Of a DNA stretch of 64,000 nucleotides, positions 49,964 to 59,137 are shown piece after piece; the first letter of the stretch is position 1; each line of letters starts with the position of its first letter. The position numbers were made by a program, and so were the translations under genes. The notes under the pieces were generated by a model, which was given only the letters and a program-made list of their open reading frames with translations, had not been told where the DNA came from and made no database searches. Origin of the DNA: an uncultured archaeon (GTDB lineage Archaea; Thermoproteota; EX4484-205; JAAOZP01); assembly GCA_938045545.1 (NCBI GenBank), contig CALIBN010000008.1, positions 32,001-96,000 on the forward strand, given 5' to 3'.

Positions 49964-51073
49964 GTGTCTAAACGCCTGCCGAAAACCATAGTGGGCTTCG
50001 ACCCAGGGACCACGGCTGGCCTGGCTGTACTAAACCTAAGCGGGGAGCTGCTTCTCCTGAAGAGTCTTAGACACTGGAACAGGAGCAGCATAATTCTTGA
50101 AGCTTTGAGCGTCGGAGATCCTGTTCTGATCGCGACCGACAGGGCTGAGGCTCCTAGAGCAGTCAGGGAGCTAGCTCAGTCGCTGAACCTAGCCGTGTTC
50201 GAAACAGGGAAGGAGGAAGCGTTGGAGGACAAGATCAGCGTTATCAACGAGTATGCTTCTAGAAGGGGTGTCAGCATTGGGGATGACCATCAGGCTTCAG
50301 CGCTCTATGCTGCGCTTAAAGCCTTCAACAGTTTTAAAAACGATTTCAGAAACATTGAGCTGAACGTGGAGAGGCGGATAAGCGACTTTAAGGAGGCTCT
50401 CATAGACGAGGTTAAAAGCGATCTTATCAGGGGGATTCCGCCTGAACGCTCGATTAGGGAGCGGCTATCTCAGACGACTGTTCAAAGCTTTGATGCAAAC
50501 CTTGTGGAGCAGCTTAGGAAACAGCTGCTCGAGGAAAGAAGGAAGGTTGAGGTTCTCACGCTTAAGCTTGAAAGCCTTAAAAGCGAGCTTAGGAAAACGG
50601 AGTTTAAGAAGCCCGCTAAAGAAGCCGGGTTGAAAAGCATCGTAAGCCTCACGCCGGAGGCAAGTAGGCTGACGAGCTTAAGCCCGGTTCTCGGGAGGCG
50701 GGAGAAGGGTTCAGGCGAGCTCCTCCAGGTTGACTTGTTCACAGAGCTAACTTCGAAGAAGGCTAAGAGCGAGGTTAGCAACATGGTTGTGGCTGCCGCA
50801 ACCCTTAAGGGGGATCTGAGGAAGATCTTTAAAGCCCTCTCTTTAAAAGGAGTCAGGATCCTTATACTGGATGCTGACGCTGTAGACGAGGAGGCTGTGA
50901 AGGAGGCTGCCTACCATGGTCTCCTGCTCTGCGACATTAGAAGCCTGCCCTTGGAGAAGCAGGATGAGAGGCTCTACGTGAGGAGGAGCGACATCAGGGA
51001 TCTTTTAAAGAGGAAGAGGAGCCTGCTGACCGAAGCCCTGATTGAAAGACTGACTCAGCTGAGCTTAAAGTAG
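49964..51073 (+). CDS. DUF460 (COG2433) RNase H-like domain protein with coiled coil
   Basis: IVGFDPGTTAGLAVLNLSG, IATD, DDHQASAL.AA; long charged helix. Confidence 0.85.
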   Translation: MSKRLPKTIVGFDPGTTAGLAVLNLSGELLLLKSLRHWNRSSIILEALSVGDPVLIATDRAEAPRAVRELAQSLNLAVFETGKEEALEDKISVINEYASRRGVSIGDDHQASALYAALKAFNSFKNDFRNIELNVERRISDFKEALIDEVKSDLIRGIPPERSIRERLSQTTVQSFDANLVEQLRKQLLEERRKVEVLTLKLESLKSELRKTEFKKPAKEAGLKSIVSLTPEASRLTSLSPVLGRREKGSGELLQVDLFTELTSKKAKSEVSNMVVAAATLKGDLRKIFKALSLKGVRILILDADAVDEEAVKEAAYHGLLLCDIRSLPLEKQDERLYVRRSDIRDLLKRKRSLLTEALIERLTQLSLK

Positions 51074-51077
51074 GCAG

Positions 51078-51338
51078 CTATATCTCTTCGGATCTTCCTA
51101 CGAAAAGGATGTTGCTCCCTCTGACAAGCACCAAGTTGAAGTTGACGGCTTCCCTGTCCCCCTCATACTCCATCGTGCCGCTCATAATAAGGTTCATCTG
51201 AGTATCCACGTTAAGCAACATCCCCCTGTATACCGAGTGATCGTTCTTAAGCCTGAGGAAAACCTTCTTGCCAACCATGCTTCTAAGAACGTTCAGCGGC
51301 CTCTTGTTAACAGTCTCCTCGACACTTCGGTTGCTCAA
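51078..51338 (-). CDS. Sm-like (Lsm/SmAP) protein
   Basis: RPLNVL...GKKVFLRLK..YRGMLLNVDTQMNLIM (Sm1), VLVRGSNILFV (Sm2); start set at TTG 51338. Confidence 0.92.
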   Translation of the reverse strand: MSNRSVEETVNKRPLNVLRSMVGKKVFLRLKNDHSVYRGMLLNVDTQMNLIMSGTMEYEGDREAVNFNLVLVRGSNILFVGRSEEI

Positions 51339-51490
51339 CTCCAGAAAAAACAGCATACTGCTCCCTATATAAAAATTGCTGGATAATTCTCCTTCCACCG
51401 GAAACCCGCGCTGCCTCTTAAGGATAGCGTTACCCATTAAGCGGGCAAGTCTGAAATGTCAAGCCGGCTTCAAAGGGTTCGTCGAGAACA

Positions 51491-52279
51491 CTAGTAGGGA
51501 AAACCCTCGCTAATCTCAGAGTCGGAAAGCTCTTTAATAAGATGGGCAATCCTCTCTACAGCCTTCTCCAGGATTTTCTCTCCCTTCTCCTTGGAGGATT
51601 TCAACGGGTTTCCGAAGCCGGAATTCACGGTTAAAAAAATTCCAGGGCCTGGTAAACCTAGCCCAGGGATAGGTTAGAGACTTAACCTTGGGAGTGTTCA
51701 CAAAGCCCTCCTCCGCATCCTCCATGTGCACGAGATGCGGGAAAAGGGCAAGGCCTATGCTCGTCTCAAACTCGTCAGCATGTTCCCCAGGCTCCTCCAT
51801 AATAATGCTCCTAACTTCTTCAACGGTCTTCCACCAGTCGACCGTCACGATGAAAACTCTAGTCCTGCCGTAGAGGTCCCGCATCAGGGTGTGAAATCAT
51901 TGCCACCGTGGCCGTTCAGAATCACCAGCTTCCTAACCCCGTGGTGTTCGAGCGAGTCCACAATATCTCTGACAACCATGTTCAGCGTCGACTGGTCGAG
52001 GCTTATCGTCATAGGGAAGCCGAGCGAGTTCCTGTTCGAACCGTAGGGTATGGCGGGGAGCATAACCACCTTAGTACCCATCTCCACAGCTTTCTCGCAA
52101 GCCATCTCGGCAACAGCCTTAGCCTGATAGTAATCCATCCCATAAGGCAAGTGGAGGCCATGAGGCTCGGTTGAGCCAACCGGTAGGACAGCAACCTCAA
52201 ACCTTGACTCCTTAACATCCTTAAGCGTAGACTCCTGAAGATTCCAGGCAACCATAAGGTTAATCCTGTTGTCAAACAT
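51491..52279 (-). pseudogene. Creatininase/creatinine amidohydrolase family, two frameshifts
   Basis: PVGSTEPHGLHLP.G.D, NGHGGN; frameshift near 51884 to HADEFETS; second shift near the A-run at about 51635 to SGFGNP.KSSKEKGEKIL ending at 51491. Confidence 0.85.
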
Positions 52280-52488
52280 ATAAATCTTGTAGCTTAGTGT
52301 TGATGAGAAACTTATTTCTCTTTAGCGACTATGCCTTGAACCGCGCCGCATTCCTTGCAGAACACTATCGTAAGCAGCTTGTCGCTCAAAGGATATTCGA
52401 TGAAGGTGAACGAAGCCATCTCTGCACCACACTTGAAGCAAACAGGCCTATTCTTAACAGTTTTACCCCCAGTGCTCAATCTGCATCC

Positions 52489-53496
52489 TCACCTCCCCTC
52501 TATCTTTACGACGAATAGCTCGCTTCTAGAATGCTGATACTGCTCGTCCCCGTCGAACTTCGCGTAGACCTCAGCAGTATCGGAAACCAAATCAGTCTTC
52601 CTAGCCTTCCACTCGATGGCGAAGCCTCCATCCTCGCCTGTCGTACCAGAAGCCAGAAAGTCATCCCTTCCAACATCCCTCTCCATTATCATTATTTTAG
52701 CGTTGGCAATCGGCTTCCCGGTCTCAGCCTCCAGAAGCCTGCCCCTGAACACGAGTGGCGAGCCTATTTTAACCCTGGCCGGGGGTGCCTCCAGTTTCAA
52801 CACGGTTTTGACGGGTTTAACCTGCATGGGAGGCTTCATCTTATGAATAATCTGTGTTACAACGGTCCCGCTAGGTATAAGTATCTCCCTAGTGCCGTCC
52901 GTGGATTCTAATACGAGGTGCATCAGCCTAATCTCCTTGACAACTCCGGTCTGACCGGCGACGGTTATCGTATCCCCGAAAGTATAGGGCCGAGAAAGCA
53001 ATAGGAAGACTCCTGCAACCACATTGGACAATATGGTCTGAGTCGCGAAGCCTACGACGAGTCCTCCGAACGAGCCGACGGTTAGGGCGGCTGCAGGGTT
53101 AGCGTTGAACACAGATGCTATAAGCGAGAGCAAGACGGCGAGTCCAGCGATCCTAGTCAACGTCCGAACAGTTGCGGCAGTAGGATGGTCCGTAAATCTT
53201 CTCATATACGTATACATGACTCCGCTGAGAGCATTCACGATAAGATAGCCTAAGCAGAAAATAAGTATGGCTTGAATATACTGGACATACGGGTTTACGA
53301 GCAGTATTATTCCACTTAAATGCTGCAAGTACGGCGGGATGGTCTCGACAGTGGTCCAGCCAAACATCATGTCGACAACCGATAGGGAGACTGCAAGTAT
53401 AACGATGTAGAGGACCGTCTTAAACCATCCGGCGCGAAGACTCGGAATCTTTCTTTCAACAGCTCTTTCTCGAATCCCTTCGTCGGGAAGCGTCAA
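52489..53496 (-). CDS. MscS-family small mechanosensitive channel fused to a C-terminal Ig-like domain
   Basis: GLVVGFATQTILSNVVAGVFLLLSRPYTFGDTI..GVVKEI..IPSG; C-terminal VFRGRLLEAETGKPIANAKI..TGEDGGF..YAKFDGD. Confidence 0.85.
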   Translation of the reverse strand: MTLPDEGIRERAVERKIPSLRAGWFKTVLYIVILAVSLSVVDMMFGWTTVETIPPYLQHLSGIILLVNPYVQYIQAILIFCLGYLIVNALSGVMYTYMRRFTDHPTAATVRTLTRIAGLAVLLSLIASVFNANPAAALTVGSFGGLVVGFATQTILSNVVAGVFLLLSRPYTFGDTITVAGQTGVVKEIRLMHLVLESTDGTREILIPSGTVVTQIIHKMKPPMQVKPVKTVLKLEAPPARVKIGSPLVFRGRLLEAETGKPIANAKIMIMERDVGRDDFLASGTTGEDGGFAIEWKARKTDLVSDTAEVYAKFDGDEQYQHSRSELFVVKIEGR

Positions 53497-53653
53497 GGCT
53501 CAACACACCTTAAGCAGTAGCGCAAATAACATCCTTAAAGCTTTATCGAGATTAACCTTCCCTGTCCAGACGGTACCATGATGGTCAGCTAGCGCGGCTC
53601 TTATCAAGGCGGAGTCTGAATAGCAAGTGCTGTTAAAAGAGCTAAAGAAGACT

Positions 53654-55101
53654 TTATCCTGCTAAATTCTTGGCTGCCTTCGCTTCTATCTCTGAAAGCC
53701 GGTTGATAACCTGCTTGTCAATAACCGACTCCGGAGGATAATGCTCTCTAATAATCCTTTCTAAGACAGCCTGTGACCTCTTAAGCAGGTCTAGACATCC
53801 TTTCTTCTTCCATCCTATCCAGTCATCCCTGTTGAAAAGGCTCGGATACCAAAGTTCCTCCCGCATTTTCCTCAAAGTATGCTGCTCCTTAAGGAAGCTG
53901 CCTCCACCCCGATTCTTTTTATTACTTCAAGCGCTAAAGTCTCCTGATTTACTTCAAACACTTTAAGTATACGGTTAACATAGTTGAACCACTCGTTATC
54001 GATTACAAGCTGTTCAAGGCTCGCGCCTTGATCTGCTCCCACTATCCCCTGTTGACCTATGCCCTCCGCCCCCGCTGCCAATACCAGAGCACTACTCGCC
54101 GCCTTCTCAAAGCCGGCTTGAAAGTCTGGAGTGTTTGAATCAGTCAGGGCCACATTGGCGAAGCAGCTTAAACCAAGCTCCCTAGCCACCTGGATTCCCG
54201 CTAGGGATGCTAACGTGTTCTCGGGCGCTCCGAAGGAGCATATGGCAGTCCTCTGGTCTAAAACGTGTATTGACGTTGAGAAGCCAACGGGAGAGTCTGG
54301 ATTGATGAGATTGACTAAAACTATGCCTGCCAGAACCTCGGCTGCATGCAGGCTTAACGCGCCAGCTATTGTCACAGGCGCAGTACCCCCAAGGAGGCTC
54401 ATGGAGCCTGACGCGCTTATGGAAAGCCCATACTCCGTCATCTCCATCAGAATCTCTATAGCGTGACGCGAAAGCTGAAGCGGACTCGTAGGCTCAGCTC
54501 CATAGCCGACTAACTTTTTTCTCCTCAGCTCATCCTCTCCCCCAGCCACAGCCTTAGCCATGTCCAGAATATACTTGCAGGATTCAACTGAGTATATCCA
54601 GGCGTAAAACGGTTTACGCGAATATGTGAAGAGGAGCCTATGCTCCCTCACATCCGCCATCCTCACGGGCACGTCGCTGGGCACGACGAAAGGGGATACA
54701 ACACCTACGTTTCCAAGCTCGTTGCCGACGGTTATGGATTTCACGCAGTCTTCAGTCCTACCTGGGCGAAGCTCCATCTTACCATAATCTACGAATTGAA
54801 TCTCCAACCTCATGGTGGCCTTTATGCTCTCGTCTCAAAAGCATACAGCATCACCCTGCGGAGGCTCAACAATATACTGCTTAGGAGCCTTTTTAAGACA
54901 ATCTAGGACAAGTCCTCTGGGAAGCTTTGCAACCTCCCTACTATAGTCTACAATCGCCCCATGCTCCTCAAGGATCTTGAGAGCACCTTTATGTCTGTAC
55001 GCGAAACCAGCCCCTTCCAGTATTTTCAGCGTGTTCTCCTTTATTGCTTCAACACCTTCTCTGGGAAGCAGCTCCAGCCTCCTGTTAAAAGCGAGCCTCA
55101 T
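53654..55101 (-). pseudogene. mttB: MttB-superfamily (trimethylamine methyltransferase-like) non-pyrrolysine methyltransferase, disrupted
   Basis: ILEGAG..ALKILEEHGA..; PTSPLQ, GGTAPVTIAGAL, FGAPE, DSNTPDFQAGFEK, SLEQLVID. In-frame TGA at 54835-54837 and a frameshift near 53905 (restored: GGSFLKEQHTLRKMREELW). Confidence 0.88.
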
Positions 55102-55198
55102 TCTTTCTCCACAGGCTGATTTAGCATTCAATATCAATACTTATATGCCTTCTTAAAGGAGGCAGACTTTTTCCTCCAATGTTAAATTTTAAGCATGC

Positions 55199-56431
55199 TC
55201 AAAAATATTTCTCCGCGACCTCAGAGGCTATTCTCGCCCAGTCCCAGAGGCGTTGAGGCTGATATCTAACAGTGCTGATATCCTTCATATGGATCTCCAC
55301 CACGCAGTTAAACATCTTGGCTTTACTAAGCTTCTCCTCCAGATCCCGACGAACCGCCTCAGGCTGCCAGGTTGATTCAGCCAGTACAGCGGGATTAGGC
55401 TTCCAGGCGAATATGAAGTCACCCCTCACGTTTTCAACAGCCTTGTCGAAATCGATGAACGGGCTCATCGAGATCCTTCGCAGCCTGGGAATATTCCTCC
55501 TCAATACTTCAACCTTATTGTGGAGCGGCTCGCAGCACCCGTAGTAGTTCAACCCCCATTTCTCATACCAGCGCTTCTCATGCTTCAACGCGAACTCTTC
55601 ATGCATAGCCGGGGACACGGCTGAGAAGGCTTGGGCTGCTCCAACCCCCCAAAGCCTCATGGTGGAGTCGCGCAGCAATCCGAGCTTCTCATACTGGTCA
55701 AGCCTGTGAAGCCACGCCTCAACCATTCTTTCAACAAGCCTATGCACATATGCTGGCCTGCGATACATGTCTATCAGGATCTCCTTAACCCCGGTCAGCA
55801 TAACGATCTCGTCCCAGGGGGCGAACCAGAAGGCGCTGACCCCGCGCTTCTCAACAGGCAGAGTCCCGTCGAAAATTTCGCAAAGCCTCTCGAAATCCTC
55901 CTCAGCCTTCTCCGCGTCGAAAAACACTTGAGGCATTCTTATCTTTTCAATATCTTCTTCAGACTTGATTTGAACGTGATAGCGGTGGGAAACCACAGGG
56001 TTCTTCTCATCAGTCCTAACAATATCCTCCTTGACACGAATACCTATACCAGTGTCGGTAACATAATCCTGAAGCGGCTGTTCGACAACCGGTTCTAGAC
56101 TCAGACTGCTGGTGAAACGGGGATCGTCCACCAGCACCCCTAAGCCGTGTCTCCACTTGTAGATCAAACGTCTAAGCCTCTCCTCATATCTCTTGCATAA
56201 CGGGTGCCTAGTTTTCAGCGTTAGCTCATCGTCAACATTCATCTCATGCCAAGGAATCTCGTAAACATAGATCGGAGGCTTCACCATCTCCAGATTAATT
56301 GCTCTTCTCTGAAGTTCAAAATACTCCTCGTTAAGGGGTGAGGCTGCGATTTCAACTATCTGCCTTCCAAGCTCTCGAAGAACCTCTTTATCCTCGCGAG
56401 GTATTCCGCTGCAAGCCATATGTTTCCCCAA
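55199..56431 (-). CDS. URO-D/methyltransferase-like TIM-barrel protein (YYGCCEP family)
   Basis: EIPWHEM, LIDMYRRPAYVHRL, VSPAMHEEF, YYGCCEPLH, ISMSP, WKPNP, MKDIST. Confidence 0.65.
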   Translation of the reverse strand: MGKHMACSGIPREDKEVLRELGRQIVEIAASPLNEEYFELQRRAINLEMVKPPIYVYEIPWHEMNVDDELTLKTRHPLCKRYEERLRRLIYKWRHGLGVLVDDPRFTSSLSLEPVVEQPLQDYVTDTGIGIRVKEDIVRTDEKNPVVSHRYHVQIKSEEDIEKIRMPQVFFDAEKAEEDFERLCEIFDGTLPVEKRGVSAFWFAPWDEIVMLTGVKEILIDMYRRPAYVHRLVERMVEAWLHRLDQYEKLGLLRDSTMRLWGVGAAQAFSAVSPAMHEEFALKHEKRWYEKWGLNYYGCCEPLHNKVEVLRRNIPRLRRISMSPFIDFDKAVENVRGDFIFAWKPNPAVLAESTWQPEAVRRDLEEKLSKAKMFNCVVEIHMKDISTVRYQPQRLWDWARIASEVAEKYF

Positions 56432-56543
56432 CCTCTTCCTCTAGGCTTCTTCTTAAGGTTTTTAAAAAACGTTGCGGGAAGCCTCTAACAAGCCTCGTTT
56501 TCAAACGTCTTCTGGAAACAGATAGATAGGTTTTTAAACGTCT

Positions 56544-57610
56544 TCAAGTCATAGGTGGCGGCGGAGGTAGTGCTGCACGTCTTCTTCTCAACATTGGGAC
56601 GGCTAGCAAGACAACTATCAGTGGAACTCCTGCTATTAAGCCAACAGCCACAATATTTATCTCAGTCCTCCAGCTTGCAACCAGCTTGACGGGCTTTTCT
56701 ACGATGAAGGAGTAGGTCGGTGAAGTTGAAACAATGTTTCCATCAATCCGCCATCCTTCGAAAACATGGTTAGCGAGGAAATCCTCCCCCGTCTGAGTCA
56801 GAGATATTGAAACGGTCGCTGTTTCTCCAACTGCGTACCATCCTGAACCCGCCACGCTTCCCGTCCCGCTGGACACCGTGACCTCATACTCAGTATCCCA
56901 TCTCCCAACTACTCTTTTCGGCTCGTTAACAGTCACCTTGAGAACCTGCTCGCTGCCAGCTAGAGAACCATCCTCAAACCAGCCCTTAAATACTCTTCTA
57001 GTTCCGTTTCCATGGTCAATAAGAGTTTGACCTATTGAAATGGTCGCGGCTTCTCCAGCTCCATACCATTCTGAGCCGGTTACAGTCCCCCAGTCGCTAT
57101 AAGCCTCAACCAAGTATTGCTTCCCCCATTCTGCAAAAATAAACCTGGACTTATCAACCGTTATCGAGAAACTCTGCTCTACGCTTATCAAAGAACTGTC
57201 TTCAAACCAGCCTTTAAAGACCCTCCTAGTACCGTTGTCATGGTCTATGACGACTTGGGATATTGAAACTGTTGCAACCGAGCCTCCCCTGTACCTTCCC
57301 GAGCCCTTTGCTATTCCATATGGGGTTGATACGTTGACGATGAATAAAGATAAATAGGGCTTCATAGAGGGGAAGTTATCCTTATTGTTCTCGTCAATAA
57401 CGTAAGGGATATCGCCAACCCCGTCCTTGTCGGAATCCACGCCCGTGTAATCGCTCCAATAATTCCCCTTAGACCCGTCATCCCAAGTGTTCACACACTT
57501 ATAACTGTCAATCTGCAGTTTATTGCTGACGAAATCGTTGCGGTAAAACTTGTTGTTTGAGGAAGACCCCCTGAGAAAAATGCCGCGCGCTTCCCTGTTG
57601 ACAAGCCTGG
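56544..57610 (-). pseudogene. 5'-truncated NosD/CASH-type surface protein with three repeat domains, TM anchor and poly-Pro tail
   Basis: Frame is open upstream of the ORF-track start (GIFLRGSSSNNKFYRNDF..NTWDDGSKGNYWSDY..DGVGDIPY) until a stop near 57615; no signal peptide. Repeats DHDNGTRRVFKGWFED / DHGNGTRRVFKGWFED. Confidence 0.7.
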
Positions 57611-57719
57611 TCTATTTAGACCGCGTGTAGATTGGGCATGGTTCGCTTTAGAGTTCGACGAGCATAGGGTTGAGAACATGAGTAATGGAACCGGCTGATT
57701 AAGCAATTACTTTAAACGG

Positions 57720-58694
57720 CTACTTTATTCTTCTAATGGCTTCCTTAATTATCGGGTCCTCTACCCAGTAATAGCCTTCTTTCTCTTCTACTATCATGGC
57801 GGAGCAAAGGGTTTCTAAGACTATTTTCACCACCTTGCTGTTCGCATTCAGCGTTTTTTTAACTTCGCTCCATCTGGCTCCATTGCTGACTGTCCTCAAC
57901 GTTTTTACATATAGCTCTCTTCTCCTCCCCTTCAGGAAATTATTGAGTTCCTCTAAAATTATTTTCGAGCCTTCGCTGAGAGTTTCCTTCAAAGCCTCGT
58001 CGTGAGAAAGCCTTCTTATACATCTGAAGTTGCCGTAGTACGTTAGCCAGCCCACGTATCCATTCAGCCTTTCTACAGCTTCCTCTATCTCCTCGTTCCT
58101 TACCCTGACTCTACAGCTTTCTCTGAAACCACTTTCAAGAAATTTTTTCGACACCTCGCGGCTGAACGGCTTCAGTACGAGTTTAGCGGGCTTTCTTCCG
58201 TAGAGGGGTGAAGCCGGCTTCGGCTCCAAGAGCCTGCGCAGAATCCCAACGTATGATCCTGAGAAAACTATCTTTATACCTCTATATTTATCCCAAACGC
58301 TTTTCAAAACCTTTAAAAAATAATATGAGGATACTTCCTGCACTTCGTCTAAAGCAACCACCTTATCCTTGACATGCGAGAAAATGTCTTCTAAGACCCT
58401 GCTCCACTTGACCTGTATGAACTTTAGGTCGAGGCCAACCTCGTCAAGCTTAAACCCGGATTCAGCTGCCAATTTTCTAACTAAGTCCCCAATACTTCTG
58501 GCACCCAACAGATTTACGTAAATTCCCCTGTTTTCATTGGCAAAAGTCTTAAGCAGGCTTGTCTTGCCTGTCATCCTCTTACCAACTACAGCCACCCATA
58601 ACCCTGAGTCTACCAGACGCTTGAGCTCCTGATACTCTTCCTCCCTGTCGAATAGCTCTCTACGGCTTTCTTTAGGCCTGAGGTCGAACAACAT
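57720..58694 (-). CDS. Archaeal ATPase (COG1672/ATPase_2) with C-terminal winged-helix-like domain
   Basis: MLFDLRPKE..LFDREEE, GKRMTGKTSL, ALDEVQE, FSGSYVG, SPLYGR, GYVGWL, DPII. Confidence 0.92.
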   Translation of the reverse strand: MLFDLRPKESRRELFDREEEYQELKRLVDSGLWVAVVGKRMTGKTSLLKTFANENRGIYVNLLGARSIGDLVRKLAAESGFKLDEVGLDLKFIQVKWSRVLEDIFSHVKDKVVALDEVQEVSSYYFLKVLKSVWDKYRGIKIVFSGSYVGILRRLLEPKPASPLYGRKPAKLVLKPFSREVSKKFLESGFRESCRVRVRNEEIEEAVERLNGYVGWLTYYGNFRCIRRLSHDEALKETLSEGSKIILEELNNFLKGRRRELYVKTLRTVSNGARWSEVKKTLNANSKVVKIVLETLCSAMIVEEKEGYYWVEDPIIKEAIRRIK

Positions 58695-58695
58695 G

Positions 58696-58727
58696 GTTAC
58701 CCAGGTAACTAGTTACCTAGGTAACTA
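58696..58727. promoter_or_regulatory. Tandem palindromes GTTACCCAGGTAAC-TA-GTTACCTAGGTAAC immediately upstream of the ATPase start; candidate operator
   Basis: Units at 58696-58709 and 58712-58725; TAGTTACCTAGGTAACTA (58710-58727) is a perfect 18-bp palindrome. Confidence 0.75.
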
Positions 58728-59137
58728 ATAAATTTTAAAACATCTTCCTCAAGAAATGCCTAAACAAGACATGCCTTCCAATCCTCCTGCCCCGCGCGCT
58801 TGATTAATAATTTGGTAAAAGAAGTTTATTGGAATTATATGTTCTCGGAATCCACTTTCTCCACCGATTCTATGCTCCAAGCTCGTTCATCCATCTTTTG
58901 TTTAAAATACCACAGCGTGGTTACTGATAATACCGATAGTTAACATTTATTGTTCTACAAGTATTGCAGAGGAAGTTACTTAGAAAGACACACGCAGTAT
59001 TCTGGTTGGCCTTTCGTAAGCATAATATAGGTGTGATTCACCGCTGCGAACAGTCTAGCGCGTACTCGTTAAGCGGAACCTGTCCACATTTCTCAGCGAT
59101 GGTGCAACCCTAGACCTAGCGGTTTACGAGTGAGCGC

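Noticed and set aside
53578-53618. ATGATGG...CTGA, possible C/D box sRNA
   Set aside because: Imperfect box C, short length and no internal boxes.
54835-54837. In-frame TGA in mttB as possible selenocysteine or pyrrolysine recoding
   Set aside because: Pyl uses TAG at a different position. The context (F-*-D) fits a GGA>TGA nonsense change, and the gene also has a frameshift.
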